From positions 1 to 54,769 of the IMG/VR virus record IMGVR_UViG_3300005532_000251: a DNA stretch of 54,769 bases, one strand, 5' to 3'. Shown piece after piece: positions 9,241-18,226 of the stretch. Source of the stretch: a virus (Duplodnaviria; Caudoviricetes). The notes beneath the pieces were generated by a model, which worked only from the letters and a program-made list of their open reading frames with translations, was not told the DNA's origin and made no database searches. Within the stretch, counting starts at the first letter, position 1; each line of letters opens with the position of its first letter. The position numbers and the translations under genes are program-made.

Positions 9241-9316
9241 ATCCATATCATTTCTCCGTTCTATCGCCGAAGCCGCTGCGTCTGCCGGGGGGAGCGCAGC
9301 GGCTTCGGCGTTTTTT
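9241..9316 (+). ncRNA. Candidate small RNA (promoter, 24-nt leader, 16-bp hairpin, U-tract)
   Basis: TTGACG(9205)-18-TATACT(9229); stem 9265-9280/9295-9310 followed by T6; no ORF inside. Confidence 0.6.
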
Positions 9317-9327
9317 ATGGTTGGACA

Positions 9328-9374
9328 TCGAGGAGCGATGCTCCTCGACAAGAGGCAACACCATCTGCTATACT
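9328..9374 (+). promoter_or_regulatory. Promoter and operator of the XRE regulator
   Basis: Inverted repeat TCGAGGAGC-GAT-GCTCCTCGA overlaps TCGACA-18-(TGC)TATACT. Confidence 0.5.
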
Positions 9375-9439
9375 TTCATTGATAAAAATGAATGAACCGT
9401 CTTCCAGGCAAGCAGAGTTGTTGCGGAGGGAGCGATAAC

Positions 9440-10804
9440 ATGGAACGGGCACAGTTATCAGCAGCACGGCACAAAAAGCACTGGTCTCTCGACGAGGCAG
9501 CCGCAGAGATCGGCATTGACCGCTCAACGCTCCTGCGTTGGGAGAAAGGGAGGACATCACCTCAGCCGATGCATATTCGCAAGCTCTGCGAGGTCTATGG
9601 GAAATCTGCGCATGAATTGGACCTGGAGGACGAACCCCCTCCGGTGCATCATATCCAGGGCGATATCGGAGACAATGAGGTCATCGCCGAATTCTCGCGC
9701 CAAGATCTTACCATGCGTCTCCTACAGATTGCCTGGAATTGGTCTGCACGCACTGCCCGATATCAAGACCTCCAGCGACTGATCGTCCTGGAGGTGGAGG
9801 GTAGCGATATGTCTGATGACCTCATCAGCCGGCGCGATGCACTGCGACGCCTGGCGCTGTTCCCCGTCGAGTTTTGTAGTCTTTCGGCGCTTATCCCTGT
9901 ACTCTCACGTCCCACCGAGGAGATCCTGACCTCCTGCGCAGCAGGCATTACTGCCTGCTGGGAATTGCGCAAGGGTCACGATCTCGCCTTTGCAGGCGAA
10001 GTCATTGAGAGATATCTGCCTACCTTGCAAGCTCTCTCTCAGCAAGGATCAAGCCACAACAGAACCGAGGCGGCGCATTTGCTCACCCAGGCGCTGCTCC
10101 TCAAGTCTATCCTGGCCCGGCATCTTGCTGGCTCGGCGCAGGCACTGCATTACGCAAAGCAAGCAGCCATGATCGCGCATCAGGCACATGACTCAGTATT
10201 GGAGATCGTCGTTGCCAGGAATGTCGCAACGGTCTACGATTCAATGCAGGATGTGCGGCCCTGGCGCGATGCGGCAGAGCGCACCGTGATGCTTGTCACA
10301 AACGCCTCGCACGTCCCTCCGGCCATTGCCAGCACCGCATATATCGGCCTGGCGAATGCCCTGTCCTATACGGGAGAGAAGCAAGATGCGCTCTCAGCGC
10401 TCAAAAAAGCAAAGGCGCTCTTTTTTGCCCAGGACCCCGGCGCGACACTTCCGATCTTCGCTGACTATGGCTGGGCAAATGTCCTTCTCAATGAAGGACA
10501 TGTCTACTACCATCTCGGCGATCCTGCGCCTTCCATTGCCGCCCTCGATCAATTACAGGAAGAGCGTGCCGCCAACGCCACCTGGAAAGCACAAGCCTAT
10601 ACCGAGCAGACCCTGGCCGAACTGATGCATCCTTCGCGTGATATGGAGTATGCCATTGATCGCTGGATAAAAGGAGCGCAGATCGCGCGCCAACTTTCCA
10701 GTCAGCAGCGTCGCCGTGAGAGTCTTTCGGCGCTCGTTGCTATGCAGTCTGCCTGGCCGGGTGAACGACGCATAGCTGAGCTTCGCGAGCACATCGTGCG
10801 CTGA
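9440..10804 (+). CDS. XRE-family HTH regulator with long helical-repeat (TPR-like) domain
   Basis: N-terminal LSAARHKKHWSLDEAAAEIGIDRSTLLRWEKG..PQP HTH_3 pattern; Ala/Leu-rich helical repeats follow. Confidence 0.85.
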   Translation: MERAQLSAARHKKHWSLDEAAAEIGIDRSTLLRWEKGRTSPQPMHIRKLCEVYGKSAHELDLEDEPPPVHHIQGDIGDNEVIAEFSRQDLTMRLLQIAWNWSARTARYQDLQRLIVLEVEGSDMSDDLISRRDALRRLALFPVEFCSLSALIPVLSRPTEEILTSCAAGITACWELRKGHDLAFAGEVIERYLPTLQALSQQGSSHNRTEAAHLLTQALLLKSILARHLAGSAQALHYAKQAAMIAHQAHDSVLEIVVARNVATVYDSMQDVRPWRDAAERTVMLVTNASHVPPAIASTAYIGLANALSYTGEKQDALSALKKAKALFFAQDPGATLPIFADYGWANVLLNEGHVYYHLGDPAPSIAALDQLQEERAANATWKAQAYTEQTLAELMHPSRDMEYAIDRWIKGAQIARQLSSQQRRRESLSALVAMQSAWPGERRIAELREHIVR

Positions 10805-10810
10805 AATTCG

Positions 10811-11173
10811 TTGATATCAGAGCATGTGAGGCGCCTCACATGCTCTTTCTTTAACGATATCACCATGCGCGCACTGTTGGAAGGCGCCGGAATTATACCA
10901 GAAAAAGCGCACCCCGCGCATTTTCGGGCTAGCATCATGAAAGCGCTAGAAGACTTGACGAAGCAAAGAGGGGATAAGCCGCCGGTTGTGGGTAGCTACT
11001 GGCGCGTAGTGGATAGCTCACCAGACTGCGAAGAGAGAGAGAAGGCAGTACGTGAGCAGGCGTATGGATGGCTGGATTTGTGGCTTGAACAAGAGTGGAA
11101 TTTTGCGCCGCCAGAGTCGGTGCTAAAGCAATATCGGAAAATGCTTAGAGAGGCGCCAGAGCAGGGATCATAA
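10811..11173 (+). pseudogene. Possible C-terminal fragment of a plasmid-type Rep protein
   Basis: No RBS and starts right after the XRE stop in the same frame; protein-like W-rich C-terminus; directly followed by iterons. Family identity is inferred from context only. Confidence 0.3.
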
Positions 11174-11196
11174 GCCTGTAATCTTGTCCTGATAAG

Positions 11197-11259
11197 TCCA
11201 GAATGAAACGCGCAAATTCCAGAATGAAACGCGCAAATTCCAGAATGAAACGCGCAAAT
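11197..11259 (+). repeat. Three perfect 21-bp tandem repeats (iterons)
   Basis: TCCAGAATGAAACGCGCAAAT x3, then an AT-rich palindrome ATTTAAC-GAA-GTTAAAT at 11284-11300. Confidence 0.9.
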
Positions 11260-11315
11260 TGAGCGAGAAAGGGGGGGTAATAAATTTAACGAAGTTAAAT
11301 GTGCACTCGCGCCGC

Positions 11316-11455
11316 TTGCTACGCGCGGCGCGGCGCGCTATGCTGCGGAAGGGCTACCTGCTGAGGCAGGCAAAGAAATTTTACCCCGCGCCTGCAAGAA
11401 GCGCATCAGGCGCGGGGGCTGTAACCAATAAGCGGTACGGGTATACCGCTTAGAA
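11316..11455 (+). promoter_or_regulatory. Sigma70-type promoter with structured leader
   Basis: TTGCTA-17-TATGCT (11316-11344); hairpins CCCCGCGCCTG/CAGGCGCGGGG and TAAGCGGTA/TACCGCTTA precede the AAGGAG RBS. Confidence 0.5.
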
Positions 11456-11469
11456 AAGGAGTAACGCCA

Positions 11470-12054
11470 ATGGTTGACAATTCTACTCCTCATTCTGAGG
11501 ATACCACAATCGCGCAACTGACGGCCAGCCTGGAATATGCCAATAAGCTTTTGAGCAGTATTGAGGGCATGCAGAACACGCTGGCGAATGCCAAGCGGCG
11601 CCATGATGGCGGCTTAGAGGCCGATCTGACGAAGGCGCTAGAGGCTGCGCAGAAATCGCTCTCTGATATAGAGCGTCAGGTAAGCACCTTTCCAGGCCGG
11701 CGCGGCGCGCTCAATGTTACCGATGTGTCCGGGTGTCTTATAAGCAAGCAGACATGCAACAAGATGCGCACACTATGCATCATGCCCCGTCTCTGCTTGA
11801 TCTGTTCCCCTCATCTGCAATCATCTGCCTGCACTTCATCGGCTATACTGATCTGTGGCGCTGCCCTTTATGGGCAGGGCTGGCGCGGCGATGACCGCCC
11901 GTTCTCGTCGCCGCGTCCCAGTAGTCGCAGCGCCGCGCGGCATATGGACCGTCACGCGCAGCGATGTGGCCGCCCAGGCAGCGATGCGCGCTCCGTTTCT
12001 GTGTTTCCAGAGTGCGCGCATGGGGATCGCTGCCTCTCTTTGATCGTGTTGTGA
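11470..12054 (+). CDS. Hypothetical protein; coiled-coil N-terminus, C-terminal half probably spurious read-through
   Basis: Strong RBS; the first ~75 aa are coiled-coil-like and the remainder runs over regulatory-looking DNA. Confidence 0.4.
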   Translation: MVDNSTPHSEDTTIAQLTASLEYANKLLSSIEGMQNTLANAKRRHDGGLEADLTKALEAAQKSLSDIERQVSTFPGRRGALNVTDVSGCLISKQTCNKMRTLCIMPRLCLICSPHLQSSACTSSAILICGAALYGQGWRGDDRPFSSPRPSSRSAARHMDRHAQRCGRPGSDARSVSVFPECAHGDRCLSLIVL

Positions 12055-12075
12055 GTGCAAGGAGCATGATATGGT

Positions 12076-12315
12076 ATGGAAGAGTTACTCGATTACAGTA
12101 ACGAACTTGGCTGGCATTATTTCAAAGATGGCATGCTCTGTCTGCGCATGACAGACGCTGTGTTTCAGCGCCATGTCGAGGCGTATTTGAAACAGCAAGG
12201 GATCACGGAACCGACACAGGAGCAACGGATAGCAGCCAGGCAACATTGCCGGCGCGTGGCGTTCTGGGAAGGGTGTAGCGATCCAGAGGTAAAGCGGCGT
12301 ATACTCAAGAAATAA
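12076..12315 (+). CDS. Small hypothetical protein
   Basis: AAGGAG RBS. Confidence 0.6.
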   Translation: MEELLDYSNELGWHYFKDGMLCLRMTDAVFQRHVEAYLKQQGITEPTQEQRIAARQHCRRVAFWEGCSDPEVKRRILKK

Positions 12316-12343
12316 CTCAGCTTCTTTAAGGGGGTATCCTGGA

Positions 12344-12574
12344 ATGGCTATGAATCACAGCGAAGTGGCGCGCATCCGTGCGGCCATTGAGGCGGAATGC
12401 GAGGGCATGCGGCGCGGGCTTTCGGGCTATGCGATCACGGCCCAGCATCGGTTTATCAATGCGCGCTATGATCGCCTGGGAGAGTTACAAGACAAGCTCG
12501 CGGCGCACGTTGGAGAGCATGAGGCGACCAGGCAGGTCGTTGACCTCTACATCAAGGCGGTGGATGGCGATTGA
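12344..12574 (+). CDS. Small helical protein of a Ktedonobacteria-type family
   Basis: SEVARIR..IE.E.....RGLSG.A..A.H.FI.AR pattern, recalled from Ktedonobacteraceae genomes. Confidence 0.6.
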   Translation: MAMNHSEVARIRAAIEAECEGMRRGLSGYAITAQHRFINARYDRLGELQDKLAAHVGEHEATRQVVDLYIKAVDGD

Positions 12575-12593
12575 GGTTCAAGGATTTCGCAGT

Positions 12594-12628
12594 ACTCCCC
12601 TGCTTCCAAAGAGAAGCAGGGGAGTTTT
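12594..12628 (+). terminator. Intrinsic terminator
   Basis: ACTCCCCTGCTTC / GAAGCAGGGGAGT stem followed by T residues. Confidence 0.7.
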
Positions 12629-12689
12629 ATCTCATGGTTCAGAAACACCATGAGATTTGATGAAAATCTCAGAAATAGAGCGAAACCCC

Positions 12690-12770
12690 TTGACAAACCA
12701 CAAACCATCGTGTATCATTAGTGTAATTAACGAGGCATAGATCCCGGAGGACTATGCCTTTTTTTGTTTT
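12690..12770 (+). promoter_or_regulatory. Strong promoter followed at once by a terminator (pR'/tR'-like late control)
   Basis: TTGACA(12690)-17-TATCAT(12713); stem AGGCATAG..CTATGCCT (12733-12759) plus long T run; lies upstream of the terminase operon. Confidence 0.65.
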
Positions 12771-12814
12771 TAGCTGAGTTTTTCTACGACCTCACTGTGA
12801 AAGGCGGGGCCTCC

Positions 12815-13045
12815 ATGACCTCTCTTGAATCGTCTGCTGTTTCTTCACCGTCAATCATGGAGGCGCTGCGTCAGTTCAGCGGCTTCTGTGGTATCTCCTT
12901 GCAATTCGCTGTCGATCTTGCTGACGATCTCAAGCGGCTGGTCGCAGAAAAAGCGTATGCTGAACTGCACATTGAGATCAAGGCTGGCCGCGTCTTTCGG
13001 TGTGGTCTCATGGAGACAAAGCAGTACAGCGATACCGCGCTGTGA
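12815..13045 (+). CDS. Small protein, possibly DUF2292/YezD-like
   Basis: C-terminal helix plus YAELHIEIKAGRV..C...ET resembles the DUF2292 pattern (weak, from memory). Confidence 0.35.
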   Translation: MTSLESSAVSSPSIMEALRQFSGFCGISLQFAVDLADDLKRLVAEKAYAELHIEIKAGRVFRCGLMETKQYSDTAL

Positions 13046-13097
13046 GTGATTCCTATAGCCTGTCCACTATTTCCGATGAAAACTGGAGGAAACCCTG

Positions 13098-13553
13098 ATG
13101 TGTGGTTTATGCGGGAATCCACTGGCTCTTCATTTCAGTACTGGGAGCAGCCCACTCTCACCCTCGCCCGCTCCGTCTCTTTCTACGCCACAAGGCATCG
13201 CGGCGGCTATCGGCGCACTCGATAAAAGCGCTGACATTACGCCGATTGCAGAGAAGGTCAAGCAGTGTGAGGCAGAGCACAAGAGTCGCATTGAAAAAGA
13301 CCTCGCTGGCCTGGCTGACCTGGAACTGCTTGGTGGCGCGAAGGGCCGCCGCTTTGTCCTTGCGTACTGGTATGAAAATGCCGCCCATATGACGCAGGGC
13401 ATTGAATATCCCAAGAGGGCATCGATCTACACGGTCTTCATCCTGGAAGCAAGATATCCGCTCCGTAGCGAGTGCTCTTCGATGGAAGATCTATGCAAGC
13501 GCCTTAATGAGCACAAGATTCCCTATCACATCGCTTACTTCGATAACAAATAG
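13098..13553 (+). CDS. Hypothetical protein
   Basis: GGAGG RBS. Confidence 0.6.
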   Translation: MCGLCGNPLALHFSTGSSPLSPSPAPSLSTPQGIAAAIGALDKSADITPIAEKVKQCEAEHKSRIEKDLAGLADLELLGGAKGRRFVLAYWYENAAHMTQGIEYPKRASIYTVFILEARYPLRSECSSMEDLCKRLNEHKIPYHIAYFDNK

Positions 13554-13564
13554 CCTGGAGAGCC

Positions 13565-14119
13565 ATGAATGCCGATGAGCAGCCCTGGGAACGACGAGCA
13601 GGTGAAAGTAATCTCTGGTATGATCGCTTTTGCCGCTACGTTCAGATGGGCGCGGCGCGCTCTGTGCGCGCGGTTTACAATGCTGAGAAAAATCATCCAC
13701 AAAGTAAACCGACGCCCTCTGCATGGACAGAAGCTGCGCATCGCTACGACTGGCGTGCTCGCGCCGAAGCCTACGATACCTGGTGGCGCGCGGTGCAGTT
13801 CGCGACAGGCAACGCGCAGGACACGGAGCGGATCAAGAAGCTCGATGCGCTTACGGAGCGCATGTACAGCCGTCTCATGGCAGACATCGACCAGGTGCCC
13901 GTCAACGAGAAATTCCTTGAACGCTTCGCCCAGGTCGTTGATCTCCTCGCAAAACACACCGGCGGCTATGCGCCACAGCGCGTCGAGCACACCGGCAAAG
14001 ACGGCAAAGCTATCGAGGTCAGCGAGGAGCGCAAAGTCGATGTCATCTTTTATCTGCCTGAAACAGAGCACATCGAGGAGAGCACTGATCGCGCAGAAGA
14101 TCAAGGCGGCGCTGTATAA
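13565..14119 (+). CDS. Terminase small subunit (putative)
   Basis: PWER..GES..WY.RF..Y and W..RA.AYD N-terminus; C-terminal RVEHTGKDGKAIEV typical of TerS; precedes TerL. Confidence 0.7.
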   Translation: MNADEQPWERRAGESNLWYDRFCRYVQMGAARSVRAVYNAEKNHPQSKPTPSAWTEAAHRYDWRARAEAYDTWWRAVQFATGNAQDTERIKKLDALTERMYSRLMADIDQVPVNEKFLERFAQVVDLLAKHTGGYAPQRVEHTGKDGKAIEVSEERKVDVIFYLPETEHIEESTDRAEDQGGAV

Positions 14120-14274
14120 CATCGCACTCGCTCTGGCTGTCATCCTGCTCTTTGTGCTGATCGGTGTTGTATTGGTGCTCAGGGCTACACCGATGCCGTA
14201 GCGCCGGGCTCTATGAATCACTCAGCCATAATTTCGTACACATAGAATTCCTTGTAGCATCCTGAGATCCCCGC

Positions 14275-15723
14275 ATGACCTTCGCCGCTCGCAGCATTCC
14301 ACGGCCCGTCGAGGCCCTGGTCAGGGAACAGCAGAGCTTAGGCGTTGAGGTCATCGGGCCGCAGCGGGGGCCGCAGGAGCGATTCTTAGCCAGCCCTGCA
14401 AAGGTGGCAGTCTTTGGTGGCGGCGCCGGTGGCGGAAAATCGGTGTCACTGCTCCTCGATGCTTTGCGCTATGCGGCATTGGAGCCGCGCCCAGGATATC
14501 GGGCGGTGCTCTTTCGCCGCGTCATGCCGCAGATTACGCAGCCCGGCGGTCTCTGGGATGAGTCGCAGCGATTCTATGCAGAGGCCGGCGGCCATGCCAA
14601 CCAGAGCCGCTATGAGTGGCGCTGGCCCAAATTTGACACAAAGATCAAACTGGCCTCGATGCAATACGAAGCAGACCGCTTCGCCTGGCAAGGCAGCCAG
14701 CTTGCTTTTATCGGTTTCGACGAACTCACCCATTATACATCTGAGCAATTCTTTTACCTGTTTTCCAGGCTGCGCACAACCAGCGGCGCACCGGCGCGCA
14801 TCAGGGCAACGACGAATCCCGACGCAGACTCATGGGTCAAATCGTTCCTTGCCCCCTGGGTCGATGCGACCTATGAGCATCCGGCGCGCTCCGGGGAGAT
14901 TCGCTGGTTTATCAGAGATGGCGGCGCGATCCATTGGCTTGCCCCTGGCAAGCGACACCCCGACGGGGTATCCGTTACCTTCATCGCCGCCAGCATCTTC
15001 GACAATCCAGCGCTTCTCAACGCTGATCCATCGTATCTCTCATCGCTCAAAGCCCTGCCGCTCGTCGAGCGACAGCGCCTGCTCTATGGCGACTGGAATG
15101 CCAGGAACACCGGCAGCCTCTTTAAGCGTCACTGGTTCCCGCTGCTCGAAGCGGCGCCGGCGACAGACGACATCGCGCGCGCTGTGCGCTACTGGGACTT
15201 AGCCGCGACAGAGCCTTCAGAGAGCAGCCCAGATCCTGACTGGACCGTCGGCATCAAGGTGGCGCGCACAAAGGATGATCGCTATGTCGTCCTCGATATG
15301 CGCCGTGAGCGCACGACGCCGGCGAACGTCGAGGCGCTGGTGCGCAGAACGGCAGAGCAAGACGGCCATGATGTCGCCGTATTCATCGAGCAAGAGCCTG
15401 GTAGCTCAGGGAAAACGCTGATCGACTACTACCGGCGCAAAGTCCTCGCTGGCTTCGTCTTCACTGGCATCAAGACCACCGGCGACAAAGTATCGCGGGC
15501 GCAGCCAGTGTCGTCGCAAGCGCAGGGCCAGAACATCGCACTGCTGCGAGCGCATTGGAATGATGCGCTGCTCAGCGAGCTTGAAGCGTTTCCAACAGAA
15601 GGCGTCCACGATGACGCCGCAGACGCTCTTTCTGGGGCAATGGAACAATTATTCTCACGGAGCGCTGAAGGCCATGTGGCCTGGACGAAGAGATATCTGG
15701 AAGCGAGGCAAGGCAAGCCATGA
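14275..15723 (+). CDS. terL: Terminase large subunit
   Basis: Walker A GGGAGGGKS, Walker B FIGFDELTH, ATTNP, nuclease motifs YWDLAAT..DPDWTVG, EQEPGSSGK, HDDAADA. Confidence 0.95.
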   Translation: MTFAARSIPRPVEALVREQQSLGVEVIGPQRGPQERFLASPAKVAVFGGGAGGGKSVSLLLDALRYAALEPRPGYRAVLFRRVMPQITQPGGLWDESQRFYAEAGGHANQSRYEWRWPKFDTKIKLASMQYEADRFAWQGSQLAFIGFDELTHYTSEQFFYLFSRLRTTSGAPARIRATTNPDADSWVKSFLAPWVDATYEHPARSGEIRWFIRDGGAIHWLAPGKRHPDGVSVTFIAASIFDNPALLNADPSYLSSLKALPLVERQRLLYGDWNARNTGSLFKRHWFPLLEAAPATDDIARAVRYWDLAATEPSESSPDPDWTVGIKVARTKDDRYVVLDMRRERTTPANVEALVRRTAEQDGHDVAVFIEQEPGSSGKTLIDYYRRKVLAGFVFTGIKTTGDKVSRAQPVSSQAQGQNIALLRAHWNDALLSELEAFPTEGVHDDAADALSGAMEQLFSRSAEGHVAWTKRYLEARQGKP

Positions 15724-15911
15724 CAGGCGGCAGGCGCTATCCATTCACGCATAGCAAGCAGAATGAGATCCGCACCTATGGCCTGCGCTATCACGCTGGA
15801 GGCTGGATTTACTTCGAGTATCAGCGCCGGCGCATTCGTCGCATATGGCGTAAGCGCGCCAGACGCGAGGCGAAACGCTCTCTAGAGGAGCAATGCTATG
15901 CCGGGCGATGA
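15720..15911 (+). CDS. Small basic hypothetical protein
   Basis: ATGA overlap with the terL stop; Arg-rich. Confidence 0.5.
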   Translation: MTGGRRYPFTHSKQNEIRTYGLRYHAGGWIYFEYQRRRIRRIWRKRARREAKRSLEEQCYAGR

Positions 15912-16089
15912 TACCTTCGTTTCCTCCGCTATCGATGCCGCGATCAGGACCCTCGTCGAGCTGGAGGCCACGCTTTCCGTCGCCAATATCCGCAAAATCC
16001 TCCTCATCGCCGGCGTTGGCGCTGTGATTTCGTCGAAAGCCATTGATGAGCGATTATCCCGGTATTTAGCACAGCATAAGGAGCAATAG
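15898..16089 (+). CDS. Small hypothetical protein
   Basis: GAGGAG RBS. Confidence 0.55.
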   Translation: MPGDDTFVSSAIDAAIRTLVELEATLSVANIRKILLIAGVGAVISSKAIDERLSRYLAQHKEQ

Positions 16090-16091
16090 CC

Positions 16092-17165
16092 ATGACAGTC
16101 TATGGCGTCACCGTCGGCTCAAAAGGGCCGCAACTCAACCCGCAAGTCATCACAGCGATGCGGGATCTTGGTCTTACCTCGCTGCGCTTTAATCTGTCGG
16201 CCACAGTGCTGACCGATGGCCGTGGCAGCTATAACTGGGCTGTCGCTGATAACTTTGTGCAGCAGTGTAACGAAGCCGGCATCGAAGCCTACTATGTGCT
16301 CAAGGATTTGCCGGCGGCCTGGCTTGACAGTCAAGGATTACCGACGCCTGCCGGGATGCTCGCGTATGCTTCGGCGGTAGCGAGCCGCTATAACGGCAAG
16401 ACTGGACATGGCAAGATCGGCGTCCTTGAGGTCGGCAATGAGGCGTACAGCCTCAGCTCGACGTTTTACGGCGCGCAGCTCGCCGCTGCGATGAACGCAG
16501 TGTACCAGCCTATCAAGAATATCAATGCTGATCTCCTGGTTGTCCCTGGCGCGCTCTTGCAGCGCAATACGCAGACCATTGAGAATGGCACGGCGACGCT
16601 TTTACAGCAGGCTGCGCACAGCATGGATGCGCTGAATTGCCATACCTACTTCGGTATCCCTGGAAACGGCCATATCGATCCCTCAGATGGCAGTCTCCCA
16701 AATATTCCCAGCTTCCCACAGTACATCGAAGCGATGCAGGGTGTGCTGGCCCAGCACACCATAAGCCTGCCGATCTGGGTGACAGAGTTTGGCTGGGCCA
16801 CCACGGCGAACTTTGGCCGCGCATTGCGCACCGTCGTCACTCCTGAACTGCAATGGCAATATGAGAAGTATTGCTACGACCAGGCGGCAAAGCTCGGAGT
16901 TCAACGCATGTACGTCTTTACCCTCGGCTTTGCGAACCCGCCTGACGGCACATCGCTGGTCCAGGCAGGCGGCGCGAAGACGGTGGCCTACAACGGTCTC
17001 AAGGCATACATTGCCGGCCAGCCGAGTAGCGACCCACCGCCGAATAATGGGAACGACGGCGGCAATGGTGGGAACAGTGGAGGCGGATCAGGGCCAACGA
17101 GCGCGCAGATCGCGCAGGCGGTATCGCTGCTCGATGAGGCGAAGCAGTTGCTGAGTGGTTCCTAG
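16092..17165 (+). CDS. Clan GH-A glycoside hydrolase (GH5/GH39-like)
   Basis: Acid/base EVGNE, DALNCHTY, nucleophile PIWVTEFGW; Gly/Asn linker and short C-terminal helix. Confidence 0.75.
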   Translation: MTVYGVTVGSKGPQLNPQVITAMRDLGLTSLRFNLSATVLTDGRGSYNWAVADNFVQQCNEAGIEAYYVLKDLPAAWLDSQGLPTPAGMLAYASAVASRYNGKTGHGKIGVLEVGNEAYSLSSTFYGAQLAAAMNAVYQPIKNINADLLVVPGALLQRNTQTIENGTATLLQQAAHSMDALNCHTYFGIPGNGHIDPSDGSLPNIPSFPQYIEAMQGVLAQHTISLPIWVTEFGWATTANFGRALRTVVTPELQWQYEKYCYDQAAKLGVQRMYVFTLGFANPPDGTSLVQAGGAKTVAYNGLKAYIAGQPSSDPPPNNGNDGGNGGNSGGGSGPTSAQIAQAVSLLDEAKQLLSGS

Positions 17166-18121
17166 ATCCCGAACATTTCTTCGAGTTTGTCGCCGTAGGG
17201 GTTCTCAGCGCTGTGGAGCTGCTTCATATACATGGAGGTGGTTTTGAGGTCATTGTGACCGAGGCGTTCACCGATTTCAGAGAGTGAGGCGCCGGCCTTC
17301 TCCATATTGATCGCAAACGAGTGGCGCAGAACATGACCGCGCGGATCGTCCAGATACCTGTCGCAGATATCGGAGATGGACTGTGATGAGAGCGGCCCGC
17401 CATAGTTGTTGTGCGAAAGCGAAATCCAAATCGGCGAATCATTCTCGATGGAAAGCAAGGCTTCACCATAGACGGCGTGAAGGTATTCCATGAGTGCAGT
17501 TGCAGTCTTCGGCTTCAAGACATCGTGCATCACTTTGCCGCCCTTACAGCGGGGCCATGTAACCAGGATGCGCCGCGCTGAAATTGAGAGATGTCCATAG
17601 CGCATCGCCGCCAGCTCTCCGATGCGTCGCCCGGTCGTAAATCCAACGGAAAGCAGCGCGAAGTCACGCATGCCAGCAAGAGTTCGGCGATCAATCAAGG
17701 CAAGTCGCGCTGCAATCTCCTGGCTTGTCATGGGGAGGGCCGCATGCACGCTCACGCGTGGGCGACGCTCTGCAAGGTCAATAGGGTTCACGGCGACGAT
17801 CCTCCCGGTTCTGGCATAGCGATAGAAGCTACTGAGTATCGCCAGGCGCTGATTATGCGTTGCTGGCGCAATAGCGCGGCCATCGCGGCCTATCGATGCC
17901 CATGTCTCAGCAAATCGCGCTACCAGTGTAGCATCACTGTCGAGATCGCGTCCAGCTCGTTGCAACGCGGCGCGAAACTCTCGAATGGTCCATTCATAGG
18001 CTGTCTTCGTCTTCTCACTGCCAGAACGTCGCGTTTTCGTGGCAAGCCAGGTGGTAATGCACTCTTCAAGCGCACGAAGCCGGTCTGGAACAGCCTGGAG
18101 CATCCCGGAATACTCATCCAT
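17162..18121 (-). CDS. Tyrosine recombinase (XerC/D-like)
   Basis: Catalytic set TTGRRIGE (R), KGGK (K), HVLRH, LGH, TTSMY; N-terminal core-binding domain and no arm-binding domain. Confidence 0.93.
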   Translation of the reverse strand: MDEYSGMLQAVPDRLRALEECITTWLATKTRRSGSEKTKTAYEWTIREFRAALQRAGRDLDSDATLVARFAETWASIGRDGRAIAPATHNQRLAILSSFYRYARTGRIVAVNPIDLAERRPRVSVHAALPMTSQEIAARLALIDRRTLAGMRDFALLSVGFTTGRRIGELAAMRYGHLSISARRILVTWPRCKGGKVMHDVLKPKTATALMEYLHAVYGEALLSIENDSPIWISLSHNNYGGPLSSQSISDICDRYLDDPRGHVLRHSFAINMEKAGASLSEIGERLGHNDLKTTSMYMKQLHSAENPYGDKLEEMFGI

Positions 18122-18167
18122 CTAGGCACCTGTCCCAAGTACAACTAATCACCGTTCTTCCAAGTTC

Positions 18168-18196
18168 AGCTTAATTCAACACTGTCAATGTGTCAA
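18168..18196 (-). promoter_or_regulatory. Recombinase promoter
   Basis: TTGACA-17-TAAGCT on the minus strand, with a second TTGACA inside the spacer. Confidence 0.55.
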
Positions 18197-18226
18197 GCAA
18201 GCAGGCGCCATTTTCAAGGAGATCCG

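Noticed and set aside
9440-11173. Arbitrium/RRNPP peptide communication system
   Set aside because: An HTH plus TPR-like receptor is present, but I found no adjacent short ORF with a signal peptide.
11197-11259. CRISPR mini-array
   Set aside because: The repeats are contiguous with no spacers; the 21-bp period fits iterons.
17162-18226. Classical integrase with adjacent attP
   Set aside because: No arm-binding domain and no recognisable att core or tRNA fragment beside it. A resolvase role fits better, although integration cannot be excluded.
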